A stretch of DNA of 64,000 nt from positions 84,629,685-84,693,684 of the forward strand of contig NC_068988.1 of NCBI RefSeq assembly GCF_001194135.2. The letters run 5' to 3'. The notes under the pieces were generated by a model. The model was not told the DNA's origin. It saw only the letters and a program-made list of their open reading frames with translations, and ran no database searches. Positions within the stretch are counted from its first letter, which is position 1; every line of letters begins with the position of its first letter. Position numbers and translations under genes: made by a program. This document shows, piece after piece, positions 1 to 12,098 of the stretch. Source of the DNA: Octopus bimaculoides. Lineage: Eukaryota.

Positions 1-674
1 TCAAGCCTATATTTCTAAGCAATAAAATTAATTTTGCAACATGATTAATCTTCAAAGTTCATTGTCTTTGCATCTAGATTAATTTCGAACCCGGATAACT
101 TTGAAACAAAAATCATGAAATAAGATTTTCTTGTGTCAAATCTCATGTTCTCATAACCATATTTCAAAATATGACTATGTTCCAATTTAAGAGACATATA
201 CTAAGCTACTGGAACATATTATCATATTTCTAATTAGCACATACTGCTTATGTGTTTCAACTTAATTTCTAAAATAATCTGGAATTTGCAAAGATGAGTG
301 GAAGTTAATATAAGTAACTTTTCTTGTTTTTTGGCTATATGAATCTGGTGTTTGAAATACAGCTTCATGTTTTTATATAAAACTGGTAGATTATTTACCT
401 AGTGAAATCTCAACTTGCCATTTCTATAACAATGCAAATATGATCTACATTGAGCACTTTAACATGAGAGGTCATAGACGGCTTGAGAACAAAGAACAGT
501 CTCTCTAGTAAATTGGAAATGAATACTGAAGATTTTCTCAGTTTTCACTGGTTCAGTCCTCAACAGTAAATAGGTACTATTGATGCATGTTTCAAGAAGA
601 GGTTAGGGTGGAGTGAGGATGGGGTTCTTAAATATTTAAATCCTTTCAAAATTCTGTTTCTTCTCTAATTTCAG

Positions 675-774
675 GTATTATATCAACTGTGTCAACCAGT
701 TCCTCGAGATGAATACCGTGCAGCTCTTGAAAGTGAAAATCTCTCTAAAAATAGGTTTAAGAATATATTGCCAG
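675..774 (+). CDS. Receptor-type protein tyrosine phosphatase, D2 domain, first exon in window (gene is 5'-partial)
   Basis: tttcag acceptor, GTGAGA donor; encodes VLYQLCQPVPRDEYRAALESENLSKNRFKNILP, containing PTP motif 1 (NxxKNR[YF]xxILP); ends phase 1, matching the next exon. Confidence 0.93.
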
Positions 775-899
775 GTGAGATTCTGTTTACATTAGGCTGT
801 GTTTAATAATAAACTCAGTCAAGACTTCAAAGTGTCCAAGAAGGGAGAGTCAAAGGGAAGCAGGGAGCTATGAAATTATTTCCTTTTGAAGAAAATGAT

Positions 900-1111
900 T
901 TCAAATTTTAGCACAAGGCCTACAAGTTTAGGAGAGGAGGTAAATTGATTACACTGATACCAGTACTCAACTGGTACTTATTTTATCGACCCCCAAAAGG
1001 ACAAAAGGCAAAGTTGACCTTGGCGGAATTTGAACTCAGAATGTAAAGATGGACGAAAGGCCACTAAGAATTTTGTCTAGCATGTTAATGGTTCTGCCAG
1101 TTCACTGCCTT
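900..1111 (-). mobile_element. Octopus-type tRNA-derived SINE (family A), near full length
   Basis: Reverse complement reads GGCAGTGAACTGGCAGAA...CTGAGTTCAAATTCCGCC (A/B-box-like head), then the GTACCAGTTGAGTACTGGG body and a GGCCTTGTGC end; the same sequence recurs many times in the window. Confidence 0.85.
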
Positions 1112-1774
1112 CCTTTGAAGAAAATAATAATGTTCTTTTTATCTGTACAGAGAGTCAAGCTGTGCCAACAAGAACATCACCACCAAAATTGGTAACTCAG
1201 CTTAACTCTTTTGATACCATCTCGCCTGAGACTTATCTTGGCCTTGTGATGTAAACTCTCTGTTTTAAAGTGATTTAAATTTTAAAATCTATCAAAACAT
1301 CATATTAATTTATGTTCTAAACATCACTTCAATAATGACAAAATTATTTTACAAATTTCTTATTATTTTGAAATGAATCAAAGGCCAGTGCATTTCAATA
1401 GAAATTTGGTAACAAAAAGGTTAACAAATCTGAAAAAAAAAAATGATATACAATAATGAACTGTTGACTTTCTTATAAAGGATTGTTATAAACACATTTG
1501 CTTCCTAACCTTGACAGCTCAGTAAGTTGAAGCACAAAGAATTGAAATTTCTTCATAAATACAGAATTAAAATACTTGCAGGGGTATTGAATATCTATGA
1601 CCTTGTAGTTCAATGTCATAGTCATTTCACTGATTTGCTTCTGTTATTCTCAGGGCCATCAATAGTTACTGATTATTAATCTGTTCTAGTCACTTTTAGA
1701 CTGTTCTCCTGTAGTCATATCTCATTTTCTGAACTTATTGAATGAATACTTATTGTGAGTACTAAATCCACTTG

Positions 1775-2270
1775 CCGTAGTTGAGAGGTGGGGGTTAGTC
1801 ACTACCTTTGACTTCAGCCCTTAGCTGGTACTTTATTTAATTGACCTTGAAAGGATAAAAGGTAAAGTTGACCTTGGTGGGATTTGAACTCAGAATGTAG
1901 AGAGCTGGAACAAATATCACAAAGCATTTTATCTGATGCTCTAATAATTCTACTAGCTTGCTGCGCTTATAATGCTATTTTGGGAGGAGAGGGTCAGTTG
2001 ATACCATCAACCCCTAAAGGATGAAAGACCAAAGTTGACCTCAGCAAGATTTGAACTCAGCTGAGGCAAATGTCACAGGGCATTTTTTCCTAAATAATCA
2101 CCATTGTTTCTAATTCAAGCACAGGTACAGTAATTTGGAGGAAAGGGAGTTAGCTGATAGCATTGAACCCACTACTATATTGGTATATCATTTTATTGAC
2201 CTAAGAGGAATAGAAGGTAAAGTTGACTTCAGTAGGCTTTGAACACAGAACATAGAGAACTAGAAAAAAA
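1775..2270 (-). mobile_element. Three stacked degenerate family-A SINE copies
   Basis: Repeated aaagttgacct...atttgaactcag blocks near 1865, 2033 and 2220. Confidence 0.75.
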
Positions 2271-2931
2271 TACCCAAAGTATGTCAAATAGACTTTGACA
2301 CCTAAATGATTTTGTCAATCTAGGTTCTAAATGATGATAATACTGGCGATGAGAGGGTATTATAGACCAACCAGGAGAACGCTAGGCAAAATATATTCTG
2401 TACTTATTTCACTTTGCATTCTGTATTCAAATCTCACCAGTGCTAATCAAGTACTTGGTTGATGTAATTAATGGTATTCTCTCTCCAAATTGGTGGCTTT
2501 ATACCTATTTTAAAAATCATTATTATTCAGAAATATTTGAATACCAGACTAAATGCCTTACAAAATTCTCCCTTCATTACAAGTTCAAATCCTTTTGGGT
2601 TCTGTTTATCTCTCCAGGTTGGATAAAATAAATATTTTGTAGGGTTAAGTGCAGTTCTTCCCAAAGTCTGTGTCTTGTTCCAAATTATTATTGTTGATAT
2701 ATACTATTTTGTTGGAGATAGGATTGTAAGAAATGGTAGAGGGGTGGGTAAAAGGCTCTGTGGTATTTAGTTGTTTGTCTTTACATTTTGATTTCAAATC
2801 ATGTTTATGTCAAATTAGCCTTTCATTTCTTCCAGACAAGATAAAATAACTACATTACATGCAAGAGTCATTTGACTACATCTCACCATCACAAAATATA
2901 TGGTTTTAGTAATTAGTACCATTATAATTAT

Positions 2932-3040
2932 TGGTTTCAAATTTTGGCACAATTTCAAGGGAGGGGTAAGTTGATTACATTGACCCCAGTGCTCAACTGA
3001 TACTTATTTTATTGACCCGAAAGGACAAAAGGAAAAGTTG
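2932..3040 (-). mobile_element. Truncated family-A SINE
   Basis: ttcaaattttggcac...ccccagtgctcaactgatacttattttattgacccgaaagg, the same body as 900-1111. Confidence 0.75.
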
Positions 3041-3154
3041 TGATGATATTATTGTTTACTTTTTGTTCTATATCTCTACAGAACTTCTATTTTTCACTAA
3101 AATACTCTGTGATTTGTATCAGAAAGTTAAACATTGTTATTTATACTTCAACAG

Positions 3155-3228
3155 CAAACCGATGTCGGCCATATCTTTACACAATGGCAGATGATTGCAA
3201 TGACTATATTAATGCAGTTTTTCTACCT
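3155..3228 (+). CDS. Receptor-type PTP D2 domain exon
   Basis: caacag acceptor, GTAAGT donor; (A)NRCRPYLYTMADDCNDYINAVFLP, containing the DYINA motif; 74 bp completes the phase-1 codon. Confidence 0.96.
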
Positions 3229-3462
3229 GTAAGTTACAACCTAAGCTTTGTTCTATCATTTTTTGTGGGGTATGTCTTGTCTCAGGTCTACTCATTTTGA
3301 ATTAAACCTGTAATGTATAAAAGATGAATAGCTTCAAGATTGTCTCATGATGATGTAAATATTCTGTATGAAGTAATGCAGTTAAAGATGTTTACACAAA
3401 ATATATTGAACACTGATAAGTACTGCTTGTATCATAAAGGCCAAAAAGCTCACTAAAATTTG

Positions 3463-3693
3463 TATATTTGAAAGTGTTCTTGTTTAACTTTCAGGACAAC
3501 CCTGATCCAGCAAACTTACTATTAAAGATGTTCCAGCCATTTTGTCTTTCTTTTAGACAAAATATATGTAGGATGTGTGTCTTTTTTTCTTTAAGGACAA
3601 TAGATTGTGATTTGAGAGATATTTTGGCTATTGTTTCTAGCAAGTCGAGTGACCCCCCGCCTGCCTTCATTGGCTTACTATATTTGAAAGTGT
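3463..3693 (+). mobile_element. About 200 bp interspersed repeat (family C) flanked by a 15-bp direct repeat
   Basis: TATATTTGAAAGTGT at 3463-3477 and 3679-3693; the interior resembles copies at ~6590-6770(-), ~35560-35770(+), ~48290-48460(-) and ~53750-53930(+). Confidence 0.6.
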
Positions 3694-3929
3694 GATAAAT
3701 GTTGGTGGGATCCACAAAACCATTAGTGAGCATTCTTCTAGAATGAGAAGCATAGAGTGAAGTTGAAAGTCACACAATATATAATAATAATGAAATTATT
3801 ATGTATATTGCTCAGGTGCATTACAACTCATCAAAGGTGCATGTACAGTTCATAGAATTATGTACAAAAGCCAGGAAAGAACAGTGTATGAGTCATGATA
3901 TATATGTGTGCATGCATATAGAGGGGGTG

Positions 3930-5050
3930 ATATCAGGTGTTGTGTTAGTGAATATCAAGAAGCATGGCGGTTTTAAAAGACACAATGTTTTGGCAACTAA
4001 CAATTGATGCAGGTAGTTTGTTTCATGCTTCAGCAACTCTGAGTGTGAAAAAAATGTTTCTGAAAGTCATGGGAGCTGTGCTGTTTTCTGACTTTGCAGG
4101 CATGCCCAGGTGTGTTAGACAGATAGAGCTCAAAAAGGTGCTCATAAAAGTGCTCAAGGCATGATGGTTAATAATTTTGTGGGTGTTTACGAAGTCAGTT
4201 GCCAGATGGAGCTTCAATGTATCTCTGCCCAGGGAAGCAAGGCGTTCAGAGTATGGTAGATGCCTGATGGGGGGTTTTCGCTTGGTTGCACATCTCTGAA
4301 CAGTTTCCAGGAGGCCAGTGTCCTGAGCAAGATAGGAGTTTCAGACTGGTCATACAAATTCCAAGTGTGGCCACATCATAGCCATATACAGCCTTAAATA
4401 CATATCTGGAAAATGGCTGACAAAGGTCTTGCTGAATGATGCCAAGACACCCTCGGCCTTCTTGACAATTTTAGAAATGTGCGTTGTCCTGCACAAATCG
4501 CTGCTGACAGTAATGCCCATCTCATGCTGTCCTAGAACCATGACTACCTCTTTTTGGCTGAGAATAAAGGACTCTAGCCAGTTAAAAAGATCATCTTTCA
4601 CACCCATTGGAGAGTCTTTTGTGTGGCACAGAATTAAAAGCTTTTGCAAAGTCAAGGTAAACAACATCCACCCATGAGCTCCCATCAGTGACCCAGGTAA
4701 TGTCTTCAAGAAACTCAATAAGTTGATCACAGCAGCTGGAATTAAGGATAAACCCAAATTGCGAGGGGCCAGATAAGGCTGTGAGAATTCCAGAAGTTCC
4801 AGAGTGTTCCTCTGATGCAGGATTCCATCAGTTTGGCAATGCAGCTAGTAAGACTGACTGGATGATAGTTGACAGGCAACGTGCGGTCACCCTTTTTGAA
4901 CAGAGGAATGGCACTGGCAGTTTTCCACTGCTCCGGAGTATCACAATTAATATATATAAGTATGCTTCAATGAAAATGAATATTCTTTAAAGAATATCTG
5001 AAACTGCACAGCCTCTGATCCCTCTCTCTTTTCCTACATGCCTTACCGAC
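3930..5050 (-). mobile_element. Degenerate CR1/L2-clade LINE reverse transcriptase fragment
   Basis: Minus-strand translation gives NYHPVSLTSCIAKLMES, NLLSF, NWLESFILSQ, LRLYMAMMWPHLEF, ETVQRCATK and FFTLRVAEA, all CR1-type RT motifs, with stops and frameshifts. Confidence 0.8.
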
Positions 5051-6150
5051 TGATGTCAACAATCAGGGATCTCCGTATTGAAAATTCATAAATTTTCTTG
5101 GAAAAGATATAGCAATAATTTCCATCTATTTTCTACCAGTTTATTTGCAGTTTACTCTGCTAGTCTCCTGCTTTTCCAAGCTTATGCTTGATGCACAGGG
5201 CTTATTTTAAACCCTTAGACTGGTGGACTGGTTCATGTAACATTAGAAAATGTCTATACATCAGTGCCTGTGTGACACATGTCTAGAGTCCAGTAACCCC
5301 CTAATCCAGTGCACCTTAATCATATGATTTTCTGCGTTGTTAATCTATAACTGCAAAATTTGTGAGGTACTACCACTGTAAGCCAGAGTGAACCTGCTGA
5401 TTAAGGGTTAACTCCATATTCCTTAAAGCAGGAACCCATTCACCACCAGATGCAGTTTAATGTCTTGCCTGGGACAGTTTCCAGAGGCAATATTTTAGTA
5501 TCAACATTTACTATAAATGTACTTAATCTTATAGACAGCCAAATGGAATTGGTCACAAATGTGTTTGTTGTATTGATAATCATCTTTTGTCTTCTTTAAT
5601 CTTTGATAAGTTTACTTCATGACAGTTAGGAATGTTGATTCAATGTATCTATGCATCACCAACAACAGCAATACACCACAAATATCATTACCATAAGCAA
5701 CTCCACTATCAAAACCACCATCACCAACAACATCATCATTCATTTTATGACCTGTTTTTTTTTCATTTGCTTTCATGGGTTGGATGGTTCTCAAGGCATC
5801 TCCTCTTATGTTGTATCACCTAGTAACTAACATATACCAGCTATTTACTCTGTTGTTTTTTAGCATGATTTTTACAACTAGGTACCCTTCCTATTATCAA
5901 CCACTTAACAGTATGGACTAGGTGCATTTTATCATACCACAGAGGTTGTCTGTAGTGGGTCTAAAAATTTCCCTGTAGCCTGTATCTGCCCAGATAAGCT
6001 TGTGTATGATGTGGCATATAAGCTTTCTGTTTCTTCCAATTGATCTTTTTTATCATTAACAATATCTTCAACAGCAACATTGTAGCATTTTCATCAAAAG
6101 TACTACTGCTGCTAACACTATCACCTAAAAAAAAACAACAATATCATTGC

Positions 6151-6460
6151 TATTGTAGTGACGTCATTGTCGGTATATTCATACAGCATGGTTATTCGGC
6201 TGTTGGTTGTTCGATCACTTGTCCGCTGTTCCCGTCACGAGTTAATTGCGACTCGAAGAGAGTGATACAAAACACGTCCTTCGCCCACGAAGTTGTCGTC
6301 GCAAGAGAAAGATAAAACGCGGGAAAATGTTGAGAGAGTCGAACTACGCATGCGCATGGGACTCTTCCTGTGTTCCTTCCGGAACTAGTCCCTGCGCATG
6401 CGTGGATGAAAACGCAGTAATGGCGACTGTATTTTGGCGCCAAATGACGTCACTACACTA
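6151..6460. promoter_or_regulatory. CpG-rich promoter-like island inside the PTP intron 3229-7420
   Basis: About 26 CpG in 310 bp by hand count against a CpG-poor background; TGACGTCA (CRE) at 6159 and 6445; NRF1-like ACGCATGCGCA at 6346 and TGCGCATGCGT at 6393; ETS-like TTCCGGAA at 6377; AATGGCG (YY1-like) at 6419; TTTGGCGCCAAA (E2F-like palindrome) at 6433. Confidence 0.6.
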
Positions 6461-7420
6461 TTAATATCAACATCAGCTACAATATCACAAACACTACTGC
6501 TATAGTCAGCACCATCACTAGCATAAACACCTCTGCTGCCACTACTGTCAACAACACAACCATGAACTGATAAAGAAGTGTCCACACGATCTCTTGACTT
6601 GCAAAAAATAAGTCAAATCCCTCTCAAGTCACATCCTACTATCTTAAGAAGAATACATTTGATAATGCAATTCCTGATATACAAAACAGATGGAATGGTC
6701 ACAGCTGGAATGCCTTTGATCTTAAGTCTACTTGATTAAGGCTGATCTGTTCCTAAACAAATCCAACCACAATGCATTTACTAACACTTTTGTTTTATTG
6801 TCGACAATCAAATCTTTTTGTCTGACTAAAATGTTCAACATGAGTATATGAAACACAAATGTAATATTTGTATTTGTATTTTCAGCTTCACCTTATGTAT
6901 AGCATAATTATCTGGTCTAAAGCTAGTAAGAATAATTTTGATAAAGGGGTTCAAGTTAGTAGAGCAATGATTTCCTCTTAATTAATAGGATCGACTGTCA
7001 CTCTGGCAATCAATGATAGAACATGTATCAGTACACGCATATCTTGTGCCTTCCTCTAAAGTATACCATAAAACACCAGGACCAGAAAAGAAAGAAATAT
7101 TTGTAATGATTTCTTAGTAACCATCCAAACAAAATATTGATGTTATAATTAATTGTTAATTTAATATTTTCTACTATTTAGATGTATTCTGAATTCAACT
7201 TATTTCACCAACCTATTGTCGTCAATACTTATGTCATTTCTTATTTAATTATATTTCAGAGTAGTCCCTTGTCCTTTTTAAACCATAATTAGTCATTTAC
7301 ATAATGATTTGTTTTTCAACACTAACAGCATAGTTTTAATAGATTAAAACATCATATAAGTTGGTATTTTGCTATCAATGTTTATTAATTCTCTCTCTCT
7401 TTCGGTTTCTCCACATACAG

Positions 7421-7555
7421 GGTTACACCAGACAGATCGCATACATTGTAACACAAATGCCTTTACCAAAGACTTTAGCTGATTTCTGGCGCTTGCTTTA
7501 TGATCATCAATCTGACACTGTAGTCATGCTGAATGACTATGACCGCAATGATAAG
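7421..7555 (+). CDS. Receptor-type PTP D2 domain exon
   Basis: catacag acceptor, GTAAAT donor; [45 protein letters not shown] (YIxTQxP, DFWxL, VML motifs); 135 bp, phase 0/0. Confidence 0.97.
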
Positions 7556-7801
7556 GTAAATTCGGATCTTTTTTAAAACGGGGGCCACATTTTTCATTAA
7601 CGAAACACTTTGAAACTTGGAACACTGGTAGAATGTGTCATATAAAACATCTTTTTCTCTTAGTCTTCTTAAAAAAAAAAGAAATCCATAAATTATTCCA
7701 TGTTAAAGTTGTCGTATTTCTGTAATTTCAACCAATCACTGACGTCCATTCAGCCGATATACATTAAGCGCCGACTACATAAACAAACGATTCTGAAACA
7801 A

Positions 7802-7883
7802 TTAACCCTAACCCTAACTCTAACCCTAACCCTAACCCTAACTCTAACCCTAGGGTTAGGGTGAGGGTTAGGGTTAGGGTTAA
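7802..7883. repeat. Inverted interstitial telomere-like repeat (TAACCC)8-(TAGGGT)5
   Basis: Direct reading: eight C-rich units (two TAACTC variants), then five G-rich units (one GAGGGT); symmetry centre CCCTAGGG at 7851/7852. Confidence 0.95.
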
Positions 7884-8347
7884 AGCAAATTTAAAATGAA
7901 AAAAGCAAATAANNNNNNNNNNNNNNNNNNNNNNNNNNNNNNNNNNNNNNNNNNNNNNNNNNNNNNNNNNNNNNNNNNNNNNNNNNNNNNNNNNNNNNNN
8001 NNNNNNNNNNNNNNNNNNNNNNNNNNNNNNNNNNNNNNNNNNNNNNNNNNNNNNNNNNNNNNNNNNNNNNNNNNNNNNNNNNNNNNNNNNNNNNNNNNNN
8101 NNNNNNNNNNNNNNNNNNNNNNNNNNNNNNNNNNNNNNNNNNNNNNNNNNNNNNNNNNNNNNNNNNNNNNNNNNNNNNNNNNNNNNNNNNNNNNNNNNNN
8201 NNNNNNNNNNNNNNNNNNNNNNNNNNNNNNNNNNNNNNNNNNNNNNNNNNNNNNNNNNNNNNNNNNNNNNNNNNNNNNNNNNNNNNNNNNNNNNNNNNNN
8301 NNNNNNNNNNNNNNNNNNNNNNNNNNNNNNNNNNNNNNNNNNNNNNN

Positions 8348-8412
8348 GCCTCGGGCCGACCAAAGCCTTGTGAGTGGATTTGGTAGACGGAAACTGAAAG
8401 AAGTCCGTCGTA

Positions 8413-8453
<41 letters not shown>

Positions 8454-8677
8454 GTGTGTGTATGTTTGTATGTGTGTGTTTGTCCCCCCAACATCGCTTG
8501 ACAACCGATGCTGGTGTGTTTATGTCCCCGTAACTTAGCGGTTCGGCAAAAGAGATCGATAGAATAAGTACTAGGCTTCTAAAGAATAAGTCCTGGGGTC
8601 GATTTGCTCGACTAAAAGGCGGTGCTCCAGCATGGCCACAGTCAAAAGACTGAAGCAAGTAAAAGAGTAAAAGAGTA
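8348..8677 (+). mobile_element. Young SINE (family B) with internal (TA)/(TG) microsatellite and GAGTAAAA-type tail
   Basis: CpGs retained; body ...ggggtcgatttgctcgactaaaaggcggtgctccagcatggccacagtc; tail aagagtaaaagagta; degenerate relatives at ~22960-23100(-), ~30280-30330(+) and ~49850-49960(+). Confidence 0.7.
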
Positions 8678-8829
8678 TATCAACAATGTAGAATTATTAC
8701 AATGCTGTGACATTCCCTGAAAATAGAAGAAATGAACAAATAATAAATACATTTATGATAATATCTTTGGCTAATGATTGTTAATAAATGGTTAATAGGT
8801 TTGGGAAAAAAATAACTAGAAATTCATCA

Positions 8830-9030
8830 TCACCTTCTTTAATGTCTGTTTTCCATGCTGGCATGAGTTGGATGGTTTCACTGGAGCTGGTAAGGCTGCA
8901 CCAGGTTCCATTGTCTGTTCTGGCATGGTTTCTATGGCTGGATGCCCTTCCTAATGCCAACCACTCAACAAAGTGGTACTGGGTGCTTTTAACATGACAC
9001 CAGCACAAGTGCTTTTTATATGGAACTAGC
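8830..9030 (-). mobile_element. RTE-type LINE 3' end fragment
   Basis: ttttccatgctggcatg...ctggatgcccttcctaatgccaaccactc, the same sequence as the 3' end of the RT-bearing element at 52237-53705. Confidence 0.7.
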
Positions 9031-10268
9031 ACCAGAATGAGTTCTGCTGTGGTGGACAAGTCTGTATTTAAGAATATGAATCTCTCTTTCTCTGTACAGT
9101 CCTGTAGTGAGTCAGATAAGCTAGTGCGATACTGCATAGTAGAACGATGTTACAGCAATCAGCCAATCAGAGCTAAGGCACAATTATATCAAAAAACCAG
9201 TTCTCAACCTTAGAGAGAACTAAGCTTTTTTAGTGAGTTAGTGACCAACTGGTGAACTGTCAACACCTGCAGCTAAATTGAGAAATGCCAATGTTTGTTT
9301 CCACCAACTACTCTCTGCTACCAGGTAACTTATATTAACCCAAATGGTTTTAATACAAAAGTAAGTTATAAATCTTTCTGAGTCATACACACACCAGTTT
9401 CGCTCAACTATTAGTCATCTCTTGTCCACGTGTGATAGAATAAATCAAATATATTTTTGTAATGATGTCTTGTCATTTTTCACTGATGTGAAATTTCACT
9501 GTAATTAAGCCTTCTGATACACAACCCTAATTAAGCCTTCTGATATGCCATTTCACATCCTTCCCAAAGTTTTCTCTCATAGGAAATCCCCAGGTAACCT
9601 ACAGTTCCTTTCTTTTTATTCCCCTCTATCTCTTTTTCCACCCAGTCTCTACTCTCATTCTCTCTTTCTTCCACTATTGAACGAAACCTGTCTTTTATCC
9701 TCTGTTAATAATTACACTTCTTGATTCATTCTCTCTCTCTTCCTATATTTTTTCAATCTCTTTACCTGATTCCTCTATTTTCACTTTTCCTGGCTACACA
9801 GAAGCTATGCGGAATCTCATCCAAAGACTGTATCATGTAATTCAAAGAACCAGCCTTGTCCCATACACAATGTCTTGCTGATTTTGCTTGAGGATTATGT
9901 TAAAATACATGGATAAACTTAATCTGTCATAGTTGAACACCACCACCTGGTTCTTGGGTGCCTTTAATAGAATTTCTATTCTGAAGATAACTTTTCCTTA
10001 CCTCCTCTCACTGCCACATAATTTAGAAACAAATATATGCAGCCATTTGCACTACAATACAAGGAGTACATTGCCATGCCAATCAAACAACTAGAATACT
10101 CATTTTACTCTATTATACACCAGTTGCCTTCATCTTCTTTTGTTGGCTAATTCTCATTTCTCCCTTCTTTTCACTACCCACCTTATTCGATGCTCTCTCT
10201 CTCTCTCTCTCTCTCTCCCTACACATTCACAATATCTGTTTTAATAATTTCTGTTTGTTTTTTGTTAG

Positions 10269-10403
10269 ACATGTGCTTTGTATTGGCCAGAGGAATATGG
10301 CTACACAGTGGAACATGGTCCACTGAGCATACAGTTATTATCATCATCTGAAATAGACCCTATTGTAGCTGTAAGGGTTTTTCAGTTGCGTCATGTAAGC
10401 AAG
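10269..10403 (+). CDS. Receptor-type PTP D2 domain exon
   Basis: tttgttag acceptor, GTAAAT donor; TCALYWPEEYGYTVEHGPLSIQLLSSSEIDPIVAVRVFQLRHVSK (CxxYWP motif); 135 bp. Confidence 0.96.
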
Positions 10404-11284
10404 GTAAATACTTTAGTGTTAATTTCTCTTTCTCTCTTTCATTTATGTATTTTTATGAATATGATTTATTTTCGACATCAAGATATGAAGTGATGACTAC
10501 AATAGAATTCCAGACAGAACACTGTGCTCTCTTTAGTCCTGTTTTTTTCTGTTCAAATTCTACTGGGGGTTGACTTTACCATTCATTTGTTGTCAGTCAT
10601 GAAATTATGTACCAGTCAACTATATCTCTCCTATAAACTTAAGAAATTATATATTTTTAATGCCTAAAGCAGAGATGTATATGAAATGGTAAGGGGCTGG
10701 AATGAAATATCAAAGAGCAGTTAATTTCATTCCTTTGTACTCTTCATTCAAAACTCACCACAGTTGACTTTGTTTAAGGGTTTGTAAAATAAGTACCAAG
10801 CAATGTAGTAACAGTAACCAATTTCTCATCCTCTTGAAATTTAAGACCTCAAACCAATGTAAGACATTGCTATCTATTTTCAACATTATCTCACCTATTC
10901 TGCTACCTTTTCTTGATCTCTGATGGTTGTATGTGGAACCACTGGTGATGATAATTGTTTAAACCGGGTGATGAATATTTGTAATAACTTCTTTATTTCA
11001 GCTTCACATCTTCTCCTTTCATAGAAGAGCATTAAGAAAACATGCTCTAGTTCTGTAAATCAGTCTGTTTATCTGACCCCCTGTAATTAGAAGTATTCAT
11101 TAAAGAGTTATCAATCCTACTGACTTCAGGGAATCATGAATGTCAGGGGTCATACCTTTCTTGAGAGCATCACTGTGATATTATTGATCTGGAAGTTAAA
11201 TCTGAGCCATTGATTTGGTTTTCCAACTGGGATCTTACCACGTTTAACTGTGGCATGTTTAGTGTGTGTGTATGTATGTGTGTG

Positions 11285-11339
<55 letters not shown>

Positions 11340-12098
11340 TGTCAACAGATGAGATCCAGAGATGTTCAGTATAGAAAACTCTTAGTAGTGTGCAAATGAT
11401 TTGAGCTTACACTCCAAAATCTTTACTGAGGACTAAGTCTATTAGAGGAATCCAGGTGAGCACATATGGAGATAATGATATAAATAAACAAATAAAACTA
11501 CTTGGGTTAGATATACAAAATATATATATACATGTAAATAGAGAGAAAACAAAGACTGAAAATTTTCAGACAATGAAAATTCAAGTATATATATATAAAT
11601 GTTTATATATTAACAGAGCAAACTTACACAGAGTATAAAGACATAGAAAATGAAAGGGGAGAAGGTATGGTGTTAAAGGTCCAACAGCTGTTTCTGTAGG
11701 GTCAGAGCTATTTTATAATGTTGGCAGATATAATTCACAAAAATATGCAACCAGTAATGGGGGCATATAAACATTGGGTAGGTCTGGCCTCTGTCTTCAG
11801 GGTAGAAAGATCAAAGTGTGTGTATGTGTGAGTTTATATATATATAAATTGAATTCAGCACTGCAAGTTAAATATAACTCTTTGTTTTTCAGGTTAGACA
11901 TCTCACTTGTCTGGGAGGCACCTGTAAAAGTTGCTAGGTCCCTCTTGTGACTAACTTATTAAAATCACCACATAATAATGACAATATTTTCAGGTTAAAC
12001 ATTGTTAAATTGATATTCATTTACCTTATTCTCTTTCTAATGATGTAATGATATTTTTAAGGCATATGAAATGTTTTCCAAAACAATGATATTTTCAG

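Noticed and set aside
3491-3733. 80-aa minus-strand ORF as a possible nested gene downstream of the intronic island
   Set aside because: It lies on the reverse strand of a family-C interspersed repeat and has no recognisable protein motif
6336-6344. GTTCGACTC (Pol III B-box consensus) on the minus strand of island 1
   Set aside because: No A-box at a suitable distance, no cloverleaf, and no poly-T terminator nearby; not called as tRNA or ncRNA
6151-6460. CACTACA ends suggesting a CACTA/EnSpm transposon
   Set aside because: The orientation is reversed: TGTAGTG on the left and CACTACA on the right face outward, whereas a CACTA element starts with CACTA
7802-7883. Chromosome end-to-end fusion scar
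   Set aside because: Repeat order is (CCCTAA)n(TTAGGG)n, opposite to a fusion, and the flanking PTP exons join normally
7764-8658. Long X-containing ORFs (also 31199-31669, 48016-48319, 54421-55524, 57555-57985, 59082-59654)
   Set aside because: They span N-gaps and microsatellites and are not genes
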